33,422 nucleotides of DNA from the NCBI GenBank assembly GCA_031763465.1, contig JARFOE010000046.1, positions 5,694,846-5,728,267 on the forward strand. The letters run 5' to 3'. This DNA is from Squatina squatina. Lineage: Eukaryota. Of this stretch, positions 11,943 to 22,504 are shown in pieces. The translations under genes were made by a program, and so were the position numbers. A model generated the notes under the pieces. The model was not told the DNA's origin and ran no database searches. It worked only from the letters and a program-made list of their open reading frames with translations. Each line of letters opens with the position of its first letter. Within the stretch, counting starts at the first letter, position 1.

Positions 11943-12000
11943 CATGTTAAAGGCGTTCACTACGTTAAAGGCGCTATATAAATACAAGTCATTGTTGTTC
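11943..12000 (+). mobile_element. L2/Deu-SINE-type 3' tail
   Basis: CTACGTTAAAGGCGCTATATAAATACAAGTCATTGTTGTT; a reverse-strand relative lies at about 28894-28912. Confidence 0.55.
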
Positions 12001-13229
12001 AGTCTTACTTTCACTCACTCTCATTCTGTGCTTTTTTTCTCTATGTATGTCCCTCTCCTTCCTCCTCAGCCTTGCTCCTTCCGTGTGTTTCTTTACTTCT
12101 CTGACTCCTCTCTTTTCTCTGTCTCTCTCCCTTCAGACCCTTTCTGTCCATGCCAATTCTTCTCCCTCTTATTTGAATTTTGGCCTTTGCTTAAAACTCT
12201 TGTCTAATGATACAAAATGAAAAATATCCCATACTTCCCCACATTAGTGTGTTATCTTACTAACTTAACCAAGATGTCTACTAACTGTTTCTCCAGCATT
12301 TCTGACTCTCAGCTTGTCTAAAGCTTTGGCAGCTCTTGTTTAAAAACCTTACTAAATATATGTGGGTCTTTGTTCACCTCTTTCCTGTCCCCACAGGAAT
12401 CTGGTGCTTGGTTCCAGACTCCTCCCCATGTTGGCCAGAAGAACTGCTGTTCAAACCTGCTATCATGCCCACTCCCTTTGAAACTAGCTACAGGCAAAGC
12501 CGAACAGGAAAGGATGTTCCAACCCCCTACTGTGTGAATGTTTACCGGGATCAAATGACGACTCCTCTATTGTTCCCGATCGTCCTGGGTAATGGTATCT
12601 ATATCTGGCTTTAATACGCGTTCTCCAGAAGTTTGCAGCTTGTGGCCTTTCTTTTTAAACCTGTGCATATCCACTTTGTTTTAAAACCCAACTCTTTTCC
12701 AAATCTTTTCTGTGGAAAAAAAAATCCCCAAATGTGCCAGGCCCTGATGTTATCCCCTACCTACATGATGTAAACACCCATTGTTCAAAAATAATGTATC
12801 CTTCAATTTACTCTCCTGTCAATATTTACTCTCCTGTCAATTCGTTCATTGTATCATTTAAATGTAGTAGCCAGACATGATGTAAATAGTATGACATGAG
12901 GGTAAGTATTAATTCCTGGTAGTACAGGAAATGTCCATTATAAGCAAAACTTTAAATATATATATTGTTATTGACTCCCATGGCATTCCTCACAAATGAG
13001 TCAGAGGATATGTAAAGTTGACAGGAAGTAAGTTATGATTCTTACAGGAAGTGCATACTTTATGCAAGACTTTTAACATATTAATTGGTGGGTCTCCCAT
13101 GGCGAAGTTCACAGCAGGTCGAAGGATAGGTTGTCTTACCTTTATGTGCCGTCTTCATGTTCCTGAGTGTGTTTCTCTCTCATTATCTTGTTCTCTCTTT
13201 CAGTTTTTTTTATTATAATCTCTTTGTAG

Positions 13230-14861
13230 TCCATTATATCTGTGTACCTGTCTTGTTCCTTACTTAGTGGATTTGCCACTGGAGCATCGTTCACCATACT
13301 CACCTCACAAGTTAAGTACCTTCTTGGGATCAGCATCCCACGTGCCCATGGTCTTGGTTCACTTGTGAAAACCTGGGTGTACATCTTTAAAAATATCCAC
13401 AATACTAATATCTGTGATCTTGTAACCAGCACGTTGTGCCTTCTGGTTCTAGTGCCTTTAAAAGAAATAAATGAATGTTATAAATCCAAGTTGAAAGCAC
13501 CAATTCCAGGCGAGCTTCTGGTTGTAGTTGTTGCTACCTTGGTCTCGCATTATGGACAATTGAATGCGAAGTTTAATTCTACTGTTGCTGGAAACATTCC
13601 CACTGGATTTATGCCTCCAACTGCTCCAGACTGGAGTTTAATACCTCGAATTGCTGCAGATGCCCTTCCAATTTCTATCATTGGCTTTNNNNNNNNNNNN
13701 NNNNNNNNNNNNNNNNNNNNNNNNNNNNNNNNNNNNNNNNNNNNNNNNNNNNNNNNNNNNNNNNNNNNNNNNNNNNNNNNNNNNNNNNCCCTTCCAATTT
13801 CTATCCTTGGCTTTGCAATTACAGTTTCTCTCTCAGAAATGTTTGCCAAGAAGCATGGCTATACAGTGAGAGCCAATCAAGAAATGTTTGCCATTGGTAC
13901 CTGTAACATTATTCCAGCATTTTTTCATTGCTTTACAACTAGCGCAGCCCTCGCTAAAACGCTTGTGAAAGAGTCCACTGGTTGCAGGACACAATTCTCC
14001 AGTATAGTGACTGCTTTAGTGCTCCTCCTTGTGCTACTTGTGATTGCACCTCTTTTCTACTCGCTTCAGAAATGTGTCTTGGGTGTCATAACTATTGTAA
14101 ATCTCAGGGGTGCTTTAAGAAAATTTATCGAGCTGCCCAAAATGTGGAAGGTGAGCAAGATGGACACTGCCATATGGTTTGTTACAATGATCTCATCGGC
14201 CTTCATCAGCACAGAGATAGGACTATTGATCGGGGTTAGCTTTTCTGTGATTTGTGTCATTGTGCGAACACAAGTGCCAAGAGCCACTATGCTTGGCCAT
14301 TTGGAGGGGACAGAAATATACGAAGACTTGGGAAGATATAAAAATCTTCGAAATTTACCTGGTATCAAAATATTTAGATTTGAGGCTCCGTTGTACTATG
14401 CAAACAAAGAGTTCTTCAAGACATCCCTATATAAACATATAGGAGTTAACCCCATTCTAGTAATAGTCGCAAAGAAAAAAGCAGAAAGAAAAATGATTCA
14501 GGAAATGAAACAAAAAGCACCAACAAATTCTGGCATTTCTACAAAGACTGAGGTTACCGTGCAGCTCTCCAGGCAGCAGTTTGAATTCCATACAGTTATC
14601 ATTGATTGCTCAGTTATTCAATTCTTGGATACTGTAGGTATAGCTACAGTGAAGGAAGTCGTTAAAGACTACAAACAGATTGGAATCCTGATTCTTCTTT
14701 CGAACTGCAATGCCTCTGTTATTGATGCTCTTCGCAAAGGAGGCTATTTTGAAAATGGTAACATCAACACTTTGTTATTTTACAGTATTCATGATGCTGT
14801 CATGTTTGCTTCAAATGAACACCAAAAGAATGGTGACTGTGAAATAAACAGCTTGTGTTAA
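13230..14861 (+). CDS. SLC26A2: SLC26A2 sulfate transporter, large terminal exon (transmembrane core and STAS domain)
   Basis: Open frame to TAA at 14861 with [52 protein letters not shown] and IIDCS..QFLDTVG (STAS). The gap at 13689-13788 is spurious because the contig ends overlap by 26 bp. The 5' boundary is uncertain. Confidence 0.93.
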   Translation, partial: SIISVYLSCSLLSGFATGASFTILTSQVKYLLGISIPRAHGLGSLVKTWVYIFKNIHNTNICDLVTSTLCLLVLVPLKEINECYKSKLKAPIPGELLVVVVATLVSHYGQLNAKFNSTVAGNIPTGFMPPTAPDWSLIPRIAADALPISIIGFXXXXXXXXXXXXXXXXXXXXXXXXXXXXXXXXXXLPISILGFAITVSLSEMFAKKHGYTVRANQEMFAIGTCNIIPAFFHCFTTSAALAKTLVKESTGCRTQFSSIVTALVLLLVLLVIAPLFYSLQKCVLGVITIVNLRGALRKFIELPKMWKVSKMDTAIWFVTMISSAFISTEIGLLIGVSFSVICVIVRTQVPRATMLGHLEGTEIYEDLGRYKNLRNLPGIKIFRFEAPLYYANKEFFKTSLYKHIGVNPILVIVAKKKAERKMIQEMKQKAPTNSGISTKTEVTVQLSRQQFEFHTVIIDCSVIQFLDTVGIATVKEVVKDYKQIGILILLSNCNASVIDALRKGGYFENGNINTLLFYSIHDAVMFASNEHQKNGDCEINSLC

Positions 14862-16946
14862 CGTTTAACTGTGACCCTGTGACAAAATACAAGAAAACCG
14901 CTCAACAACAATAGCTTGAGAAATTTGAACGTGTTTCAAAGCAACCTGAAATCTTTCTCCATTTTAACTCGAGTAGAATGTTTTGATCCATGCGTTTCTG
15001 TACTTTTCTAATCATGGTGTTTATTATGAGATGGAATTAGAAAATTATATANNNNNNNNNNNNNNNNNNNNNNNNNNNNNNNNNNNNNNNNNNNNNNNNN
15101 NNNNNNNNNNNNNNNNNNNNNNNNNNNNNNNNNNNNNNNNNNNNNNNNNNNATGTTCTTTTGTTATCCTGAAATAATGTAATTGTTTTTCAGTTACTGTC
15201 TGAGTAGGGAGGAAGGGTTGAATCCTGCTGTCTGCTGCTAGGATAATTGATTTGCTGTGGGTATGATACACAGCATTGACGGAAACAGAAGTTTGATGCT
15301 TTACAGCAAAAGCAGAATTTTATGGAGTAGAAGGATTTGTGTTTTTTTAAATTAAATTCCATTTTTCTTTTCTTTTGATGAAGTGCCTGGGAAAAGATTA
15401 GTGGTAACTGACTGATTATGTGTGAGTAAAGTGACCACTTCATTCTTCATGTCTTTTGACGTCACTTAATAATTGAATGGGTTTTACAGGGAAAGGGTCT
15501 TATATTGTTTTCTTTTCTTCAATAAGGAGCAGAGCTGGGAGAATGGGGTGTTGGTGTAGTTGAGAACATCTGTGCAATGCATGGAAGTGAGACAGAAAAC
15601 ATACAAGTTTCCAAAATAGATAAATAAAGTTTGCAGAACTGAAGATCAGATTCTTTAAACCACTGGAAATATATGGCAGGATGCAAGCTAACAATTTATA
15701 AATCATATATTGGAACATCTGTGGTACAAGCAGTCTGACTGAGTCATAGAAAATTGCTATTTAACTGAGTCAACGTGATATATGGCTCTTGCAAGAAGCT
15801 CACCTTTATGATCTGTGAAACTAAAAAAATAGAGATTGGCTGGATGTGTTGCAGCTGCTATTCTATCCAGAAAGATTTTGTTTATTATATTTAAATGCAA
15901 GGATTCAGAGTGTTCCATGCAAATACGTAAAATGCATGCCCTACATACCAAGTAACGCTCGAGCTAGGGAAAAAGGTTGAGGTCACGGCAGGGTTATATT
16001 GGTGAGGGGATGTTCTGTCCTGCTGTAACACCAGCACCGGGAGGAGAATCCAGGCCTGAGTTTGAGTTGTAGATCGCTGTTCAGTTACTTTTCTTGTTCT
16101 GTATTGAACACAAATAAGATCTGAAGGCAACAAACACTGTTGCAATACCTCACATAAAGTAAGATCCTCCAAGTTTCTTTGCTGACAGAATAGAGTGTCA
16201 GGGTGGGGAGAGAAGGGACCATTGGTGGAATGATAAAATTTGGCTAGCTACATGAAATGTGAGTTCTGGTTGAAATGGATAAGCACCAACTCTGAGGGCT
16301 AGATTTTAAGGGGGCTCAGCTGGCATGTTTATGGCGGGTCAGATGGGAAAATGTTTTTTTCTGACAGCGGGTTGGGTCCCCGCTGTCAAGCCGCCGCCAC
16401 GCTACCTTCTCAGATGTCGGGTCTTTCGGGCTGAACAGACCTGACATGCAGTGGCGGAGGAGGCAATTTAGGTGATTAAGACCTTGCTCAGAGGCTATTA
16501 AAGACAATTTTGAGCTGTACTTACCATTTTACGATAAAAGCTCCAATTTCAGAGCTGTTCACTTTCCAAACACAGAAGCTGCAGCTTACAAGATTTAGAA
16601 GACATATTGAGCTTTATGCAGTTTGGAAATGTTTGGAGTAAACTCTCTATCCATTGTTACCTCATTGGACAACCTCTCTCACCATTGACAGATCGCTTCT
16701 GTCATCTCAAGTTCACCTGCCATCTATTACATTAGCATCAGTGCACTTGAAACTATCTCACCTTGGTCCTCAGAAGCCAAGCACAATCAGCCCCAACACC
16801 AAAAGCAGCGGACACACCAGCAGCACCAACAACAATAACCTTCTCTNNNNNNNNNNNNNNNNNNNNNNNNNNNNNNNNNNNNNNNNNNNNNNNNNNNNNN
16901 NNNNNNNNNNNNNNNNNNNNNNNNNNNNNNNNNNNNNNNNNNNNNN

Positions 16947-17797
16947 CTGATCCCCTCTCTGCTGCTCTCCTCTCTGCTGCTCCCCTCTCTGCTGCTCCCC
17001 TCTCTGCTGCTCTCCTCTCTGTTGAACCCCTCTCTCTTGTTCTCCTATCTGCTGATCCCCTCCCTACAGCTTCCCTCTCTGATGATCCCGTCTCTGTTGC
17101 TCTCCTCTCTGCTGATCCCCTCTCTGCTGCTCCCCGCTTTGTTGCTCTCCTCTCTGCTGATCCCCTCTCTGCTGCTCCCCTCTCTGCTGCTCCCCTCTCT
17201 CTTGCTCCCCTCTCTTTTGCTCCCCTCTCTCTTGCTCCCCTCTCTGCTACTCCCCTCTCTGCTACTCCCCTCTCTGCTACTCTCCTCTCTGCTGACCCCT
17301 CTCTGCTCAGCCCCTCTCTGCTCAGCCCCTCTCTGCTGCTCCCCTCTCTGCTGCTCTCCTCTCTGCTGCTCCCCTCTCTGTTGATCCCCTCTCTGCTGCT
17401 CCCCTCTCTGCTGCTCCCTTCTCTGCTGCTCCCCTCTCTGCTGCTCTCCTCTCTACTGCTCCCCTCTCTGTTGCTCTTCTCTATGCTGATCCCCTCCCCT
17501 CTCTGCTGAGCCCCTCTCTGATGCTCCCCTCTCTGCTGCTTCCCTCTCTGCTGCTCTTCTCTATGCTGATCCCCTCCCCTCTCTGCTGCTCCCCTCTCCG
17601 CTGAGCTCCTCCATGCTGTGCCCCTCTCTGCTACTTCCCTCTCTGTTGCTCTCCTCTCTGCTACTCCCTTCTCTGCTGCTCTCCTCTCTGATGATCCCCT
17701 CTCTGATGATCCCCTCTCAGCTGCTCTCCTCTCTGTTGCTCTCCTCTCTGCTGCTCCCCTCTCTGCTGCTCCCCTCTCTGCTGCTCCCCTCTCTGGT
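16947..17797. repeat. 15-bp minisatellite (GCTGCTCCCCTCTCT)n, about 57 copies, flanked by gaps on both sides
   Basis: Directly visible tandem array with variant units (GCTGATCCCC.., GTTGCTCTCC..). Confidence 0.95.
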
Positions 17798-17897
17798 NNN
17801 NNNNNNNNNNNNNNNNNNNNNNNNNNNNNNNNNNNNNNNNNNNNNNNNNNNNNNNNNNNNNNNNNNNNNNNNNNNNNNNNNNNNNNNNNNNNNNNNN

Positions 17898-17997
17898 TGG
17901 AGTTGAGGTAGAAGATCAGCCATGACCTTATTGAATGGCGGAGGAGGCTCGAGGGGCTGAATGGCCGACTCCTGCTCCTAATTCTTATTACGTTCTA
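17898..17997 (+). mobile_element. CR1 LINE 3' tail
   Basis: TGGAGTTGAGGTAGAAGATCAGCCATGACCTTATTGAATGGCGG...CCTGCTCCTAATTCTTA; homologous to the reverse complement of about 20995-21050. Confidence 0.75.
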
Positions 17998-18658
17998 TCG
18001 GCAGATAATTATTTAACTTGAATTCTCACACATCATTGATATATTTTACTGCTTTGCACGATAATTTATAAATAAATTGATATATGTACTGTGTTCCTTT
18101 AGCCCCTAGTATGAACCTGCTGTGATTGTTTGCAACTGTTTCCCTTATGTTATAAAGAAATGCAAGCCATCTGTAAGCTGCCAAGAAGCCTTATGAGTCA
18201 TCTGATGGGGAAATCACATTTTTTTTCTTCTATGGGAACAATGTGTTTCCCTTAACACTGTCAGCCACACTGATAAGACTGGAGGTGCATTTCTTTTGTC
18301 CAGTTAAGGGTAATCTAGCCCATTAATTGATGTTGTGGAAATTATCTTCATGATTGGGAAAATTTGCAGTGAACCAACGCTTTCGCTCCTGATTGCTACC
18401 AGAAGAGGATAGGAGACGAAAGGAATGAAAATTGGAAAAGGGAGAAAACTATTAAGTGGAGCAGCCTGTGAGCAGATATTTTGTCCAGGGCTAACTCTAT
18501 GATAGCACAACATTCCATTGCAAATATATCATGGGGCAGCTTTTATATTATATATTGAGAGACTGTCATCACAAAATTTAGGTTCATATGAAAATACAAG
18601 ATTAAAATTTCTCATCGTTTTTTTAATGAGTTTTTCTAACTCTTCTGATTTGTTATAG

Positions 18659-18859
18659 GAAAATCAAGACCAATTACTTTATTGTCTCTTTGGCATTTGC
18701 TGATCTGCTTGTTTCAGTCCTGGTAATGCCTTTTGGAGCTATTGAACTAATACAACAAAACTGGATATACGGAGATAGATTTTGTCTTGTTCGGACTTCG
18801 TTGGATGTCCTGCTTACCACAGCATCTATTCTTCATCTGTGCTGTATTTCTTTAGATAG
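18659..18859 (+). CDS. HTR4: Serotonin receptor 5-HT4 exon (TM2-TM3)
   Basis: 201-bp exon (R)[66 protein letters not shown](R); TAG acceptor, GTAGGT donor; not in the ORF track. Confidence 0.93.
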
Positions 18860-19866
18860 GTAGGTAAATTATATACTTTCTATGCTGCATCTTATTTAAA
18901 ATAGCTCACAGAGACATGATAAATATGCATACAGTACATTCTTTTTCACATAACCAAGTATTGCTGCAGGGATAACCGTGTCATTTTTGTAACCTTGGAG
19001 CAAAAAATGTTGTCCTTAGATTTGGTGATTATGAACTATTATTTTATACAAAAGATGAAAATAATCTTCAGGCATGGGAAAATCAATGTAAGTATATGTT
19101 GTAAATTTAATGGCTGTACTAATAAGAAATAACTTTACACCTCAAAGTACAAAGAAATAATCAAAGATCATAATACCCTCAATTTGCTTTTTTAATTTAA
19201 TAAAATGTCTAATTGTTGTTATGATCTGCAATGCACNNNNNNNNNNNNNNNNNNNNNNNNNNNNNNNNNNNNNNNNNNNNNNNNNNNNNNNNNNNNNNNN
19301 NNNNNNNNNNNNNNNNNNNNNNNNNNNNNNNNNNNNGGGAAGTGCACATGCCTATAAGGGAGCCCACCTAATTTCACTCTGCCCACTATGCCCATATGCT
19401 GTATTATAGCTAGATGCAGAAATGAGAACATCTGCCTCATAATTTATTTGTACATTAGTATGTTATTGACCTTAAAATAAGGACAAAATTAACACCTTGC
19501 TGATCATTTTTTAAAAGTAGTATAATTCTATCTTCATTGGTTTATTTTTTTACATTTTCAACAAAGCTGTATTGTGCCCTTGGACTCTGGTTAAAATATG
19601 TATATTTACATTTGTTATGATACATCCTAATGATGCAGATTCTACCATTCATCATGTCAGTGAAGATCTATTGCTTCTTTAATAACATTTTGGCAAATGA
19701 ATGTTGAAATAAATGTAGTTACTTATTTTAAAAATTGATATGTGAGAAATCAAAATGTTCCTGAAGAGATATTTTAATTTTGATTAAAATGTCTCCATAT
19801 ATAATTCAATTAAAAAAAACTGTGCATAATATATCAAGATTTTGTTTTTTTTTAATCATTTTGCAG

Positions 19867-20531
19867 GTAGAAGGAAGAAAATTCAGCAATGACACAAACA
19901 CAACATACTGTATTTTCATGGTGAACAAACCATATGCCATAACATGCTCAGTTGTAGCATTTTACATACCTCTTATTTTAATGGTACTGGCATACCAAAG
20001 GATATATGTGACTGCCAGAGCACATGCACGGCAGATTGAAANNNNNNNNNNNNNNNNNNNNNNNNNNNNNNNNNNNNNNNNNNNNNNNNNNNNNNNNNNN
20101 NNNNNNNNNNNNNNNNNNNNNNNNNNNNNNNNNNNNNNNNNTGAAATGTTGAAACGTGCGGGAACCTCATCGGACTCTGGACAGCAAGCAGACCATCCGG
20201 GCAACCACAGAATGAAGACTGAAACCAAAGCAGCCAAAACCTTGTGCATTATTATGGGATGTTTTTGTCTCTGTTGGGCACCATTTTTCATCACAAACAT
20301 TGTGGATCCATTTATAAACTACTCTGTTCCAGACCAGCTATGGACAGCCTTCCTATGGCTTGGATACATTAATTCAGGGTTGAATCCATTTCTCTACGCT
20401 TATTTGAACAAGTCCTTCAGGCGTGCCTTCCTGACAATTCTGTGCTGCGGTGAAAGGTACAGGCGATCTTCTTTACTGGGACAGACAATACCTTGTTCTA
20501 CGACAATTAATGGATCAGCACATGTATTGAG
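19867..20531 (+). CDS. HTR4: Serotonin receptor 5-HT4 exon (ECL2 to C-tail)
   Basis: [80 protein letters not shown](R), then GTAAGT at the known C-terminal splice point. The gap 20042-20141 closes by a TGAAA overlap. The intervening TM4 exon is not present. Confidence 0.94.
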
Positions 20532-20994
20532 GTAAGTATTACACATTTAATTTTCTGTTCAATCAGTCCGAATGTAGGTGATCAAATAATTCCAATATTA
20601 GCTGAAGGCCCCAGCTTCATGATCTCGATACGTTTAACCTTTTAGTTTGCACTTCCAGTTCCTACTTTATTGCTCAAAGCAGTTAGATTTAAGACATGAC
20701 AGCACAGATGTTCTGAGCTTATGTGCATGTTTTTGAGTGGTTTCTGAGCATACAGTGCTCAGTGCATATAGGACATACAGTGGGGATCTTTTCTGCTGCT
20801 GGGTGGGTGTATTCCAATTAAACATCAATGACAGAACTACATTGCCTCACATATTTTCCGTCATTAACAACTTAGCAATGCTGGGCAGCAGGAACACCAT
20901 TNNNNNNNNNNTTGCACCCAGCATTTCTAAAGCAGTGGACGGGGATTTAAAACTTAAAGGGAGCAAAGATTACTGCAAATGATCACAGAGCAAT

Positions 20995-21395
20995 CGAGCC
21001 TTCTCCGCGCCATTCAACAAGATCATGGCTGATATTCTACCTCAACTCCACCTTCCCGCACTATCCCATATCCCTTAATTCCTTTAATTCTCAAAAATTT
21101 ATCGATCTCTGCCTTGAATATACTCACCGACTGAACATCCAGAGCTCTCTGGGGTAGAGAACTCCAAAGATTCACAACACTCTGAGTGAAGAAATTTCTT
21201 CTCGTCTCAGTCCTAAATGGCCGACCCCTTATTCTGTGACTGTGACCCCATGGTCTAGATTCCCCAGCCAGAGGAAACATTTTCCCAGCATTAACCCAAG
21301 CCCCTTAAGAATTTTGTATGTTTCAATGAGATCACCTCTCATTCCTCTAAACTCTAAGGAATATAGGCTGAGTCTGTTCAATCTCTCCTCATAGG
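20995..21395 (-). mobile_element. CR1 LINE 3' fragment
   Basis: YEERLNRLSLYSLEFRGMRGDLIETYKILKG then, frameshifted, MFPLAGESRPWGHS..RRNFFTQSVVNLWSSLPQ..FKAEIDKFL; CR1 signature. Confidence 0.9.
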
Positions 21396-22283
21396 NNNNN
21401 NNNNNNNNNNNNNNNNNNNNNNNNNNNNNNNNNNNNNNNNNNNNNNNNNNNNNNNNNNNNNNNNNNNNNNNNNNNNNNNNNNNNNNNNNNNNNNNGCATT
21501 TTAGGGCGAAAGAAGAGAGATCCAAGAAGTGTTGCTTTAGGGCGGAGGAGGAAGCAGAGTTCCAGTATTCAGGGAATTAGGAGGTAGAATGACAGCGTAT
21601 ACTGGGGATGGGGGAAGAGTGCCATTGTGAACTCTGGGTCACAGATATTACTGGCAATAAACGAACTAGCTTGGTTACCCAATCAATCAGTAAAAGGTAC
21701 AATGTTGCATGACAATGAGGCAGTAGAATAATAACAATTGTCATATATTACGGAATGAATAAGTAATTAATGGAATTGTACTGCTTTATACTAAGTGTTG
21801 TACTGTGTGTACTGTCTAATCATTTTATTTTTGTGAAGGACTATTGATAAGAGGACAATGAATTTCTTTGGCAGTGAAATGTTGAAATGCTGCCTCCAGC
21901 ATTCATGCTGTGTGGTTGAATAGATATGAAACTACAGGAGAGTATTAAATGATTTCTCTAAAGTAAATGCAGAAAGATTAGCAGCTGTTCTAGATGTAAC
22001 AACACTTAAAAGATTTTGGGATTCAGATCATTTACTGTATTTCAATCATAAAAGAGCTTGCACTAAATTAGATAAAGACCAATGCACAAGAGATATTTAA
22101 TGTAGAATGAAGTTGAGTTGCTAAGAAAATCTTTCATAATATTTGGAAGCAGATTTCACTCCTTCCCCAAGTATGAATAAAGAATAAAATCTCATCTTTA
22201 GTTGAAAATGCCTTTAATCTCTAGTAACTGCAGATTGGAAGTAATAAGATACCACACAGAAAATGATTAGATTGAAATATAAC

Positions 22284-22504
22284 GGGTCTCAAATTGCGAT
22301 GTTCCCACACACCCACGGAGACCTCATCGCAAATGCCGGTTCTGTGGCTGATCAGTGTAAGCCCGCAGAACTGCCATTTGCGATCTGTCAAGATTCCTCT
22401 TGACAGATTCGATGCTTAGGCTGGAAAACAGATTTCCAACACTGAGATTTGCGAGATTTTTGCACATGGTAAAACCTAGCATATCTGCTCGATTTTACCA
22501 GCGT
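22284..22504. mobile_element. MITE fragment, same family as 29181-29716
   Basis: Shares CGCAAATGCCGGTTCT, TAAGCCCGCAG, ATCTGTCAAGATTC, CTGAGATTTGCGAGATTTT and CATGGTAAAACCTAGC with the 29181 copy. Confidence 0.8.

Noticed and set aside
12318-12640. ORFs 12318-12554 and 12336-12614
   Set aside because: No recognisable product; looks at most like a very degenerate CR1-type remnant.
12806-12842. Two-copy direct repeat ATTTACTCTCCTGTCAAT
   Set aside because: Simple local tandem duplication with no evidence of function.
13142-14442. Antisense and alternative-frame ORFs over SLC26A2
   Set aside because: Shadows of the real coding exon.
15891-16181. Minus-strand ORF ending at a GTATGT donor-like site
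   Set aside because: No recognisable protein similarity in any frame and an ambiguous acceptor.
16947-17797. CRISPR-like array
   Set aside because: Head-to-tail tandem units with no unique spacers, no cas genes, and a vertebrate context.
16763-17923. Long ORFs with SAAPL, LLPSL and REGSS repeats
   Set aside because: Translations of the 15-bp minisatellite, extended through N gaps; no splice or homology support.
20875-20925. Inverted repeat AATGCTGGG..CCCAGCATT around the 10-N gap
   Set aside because: Short and interrupted by unknown sequence; likely a collapsed repeat rather than a structural RNA.
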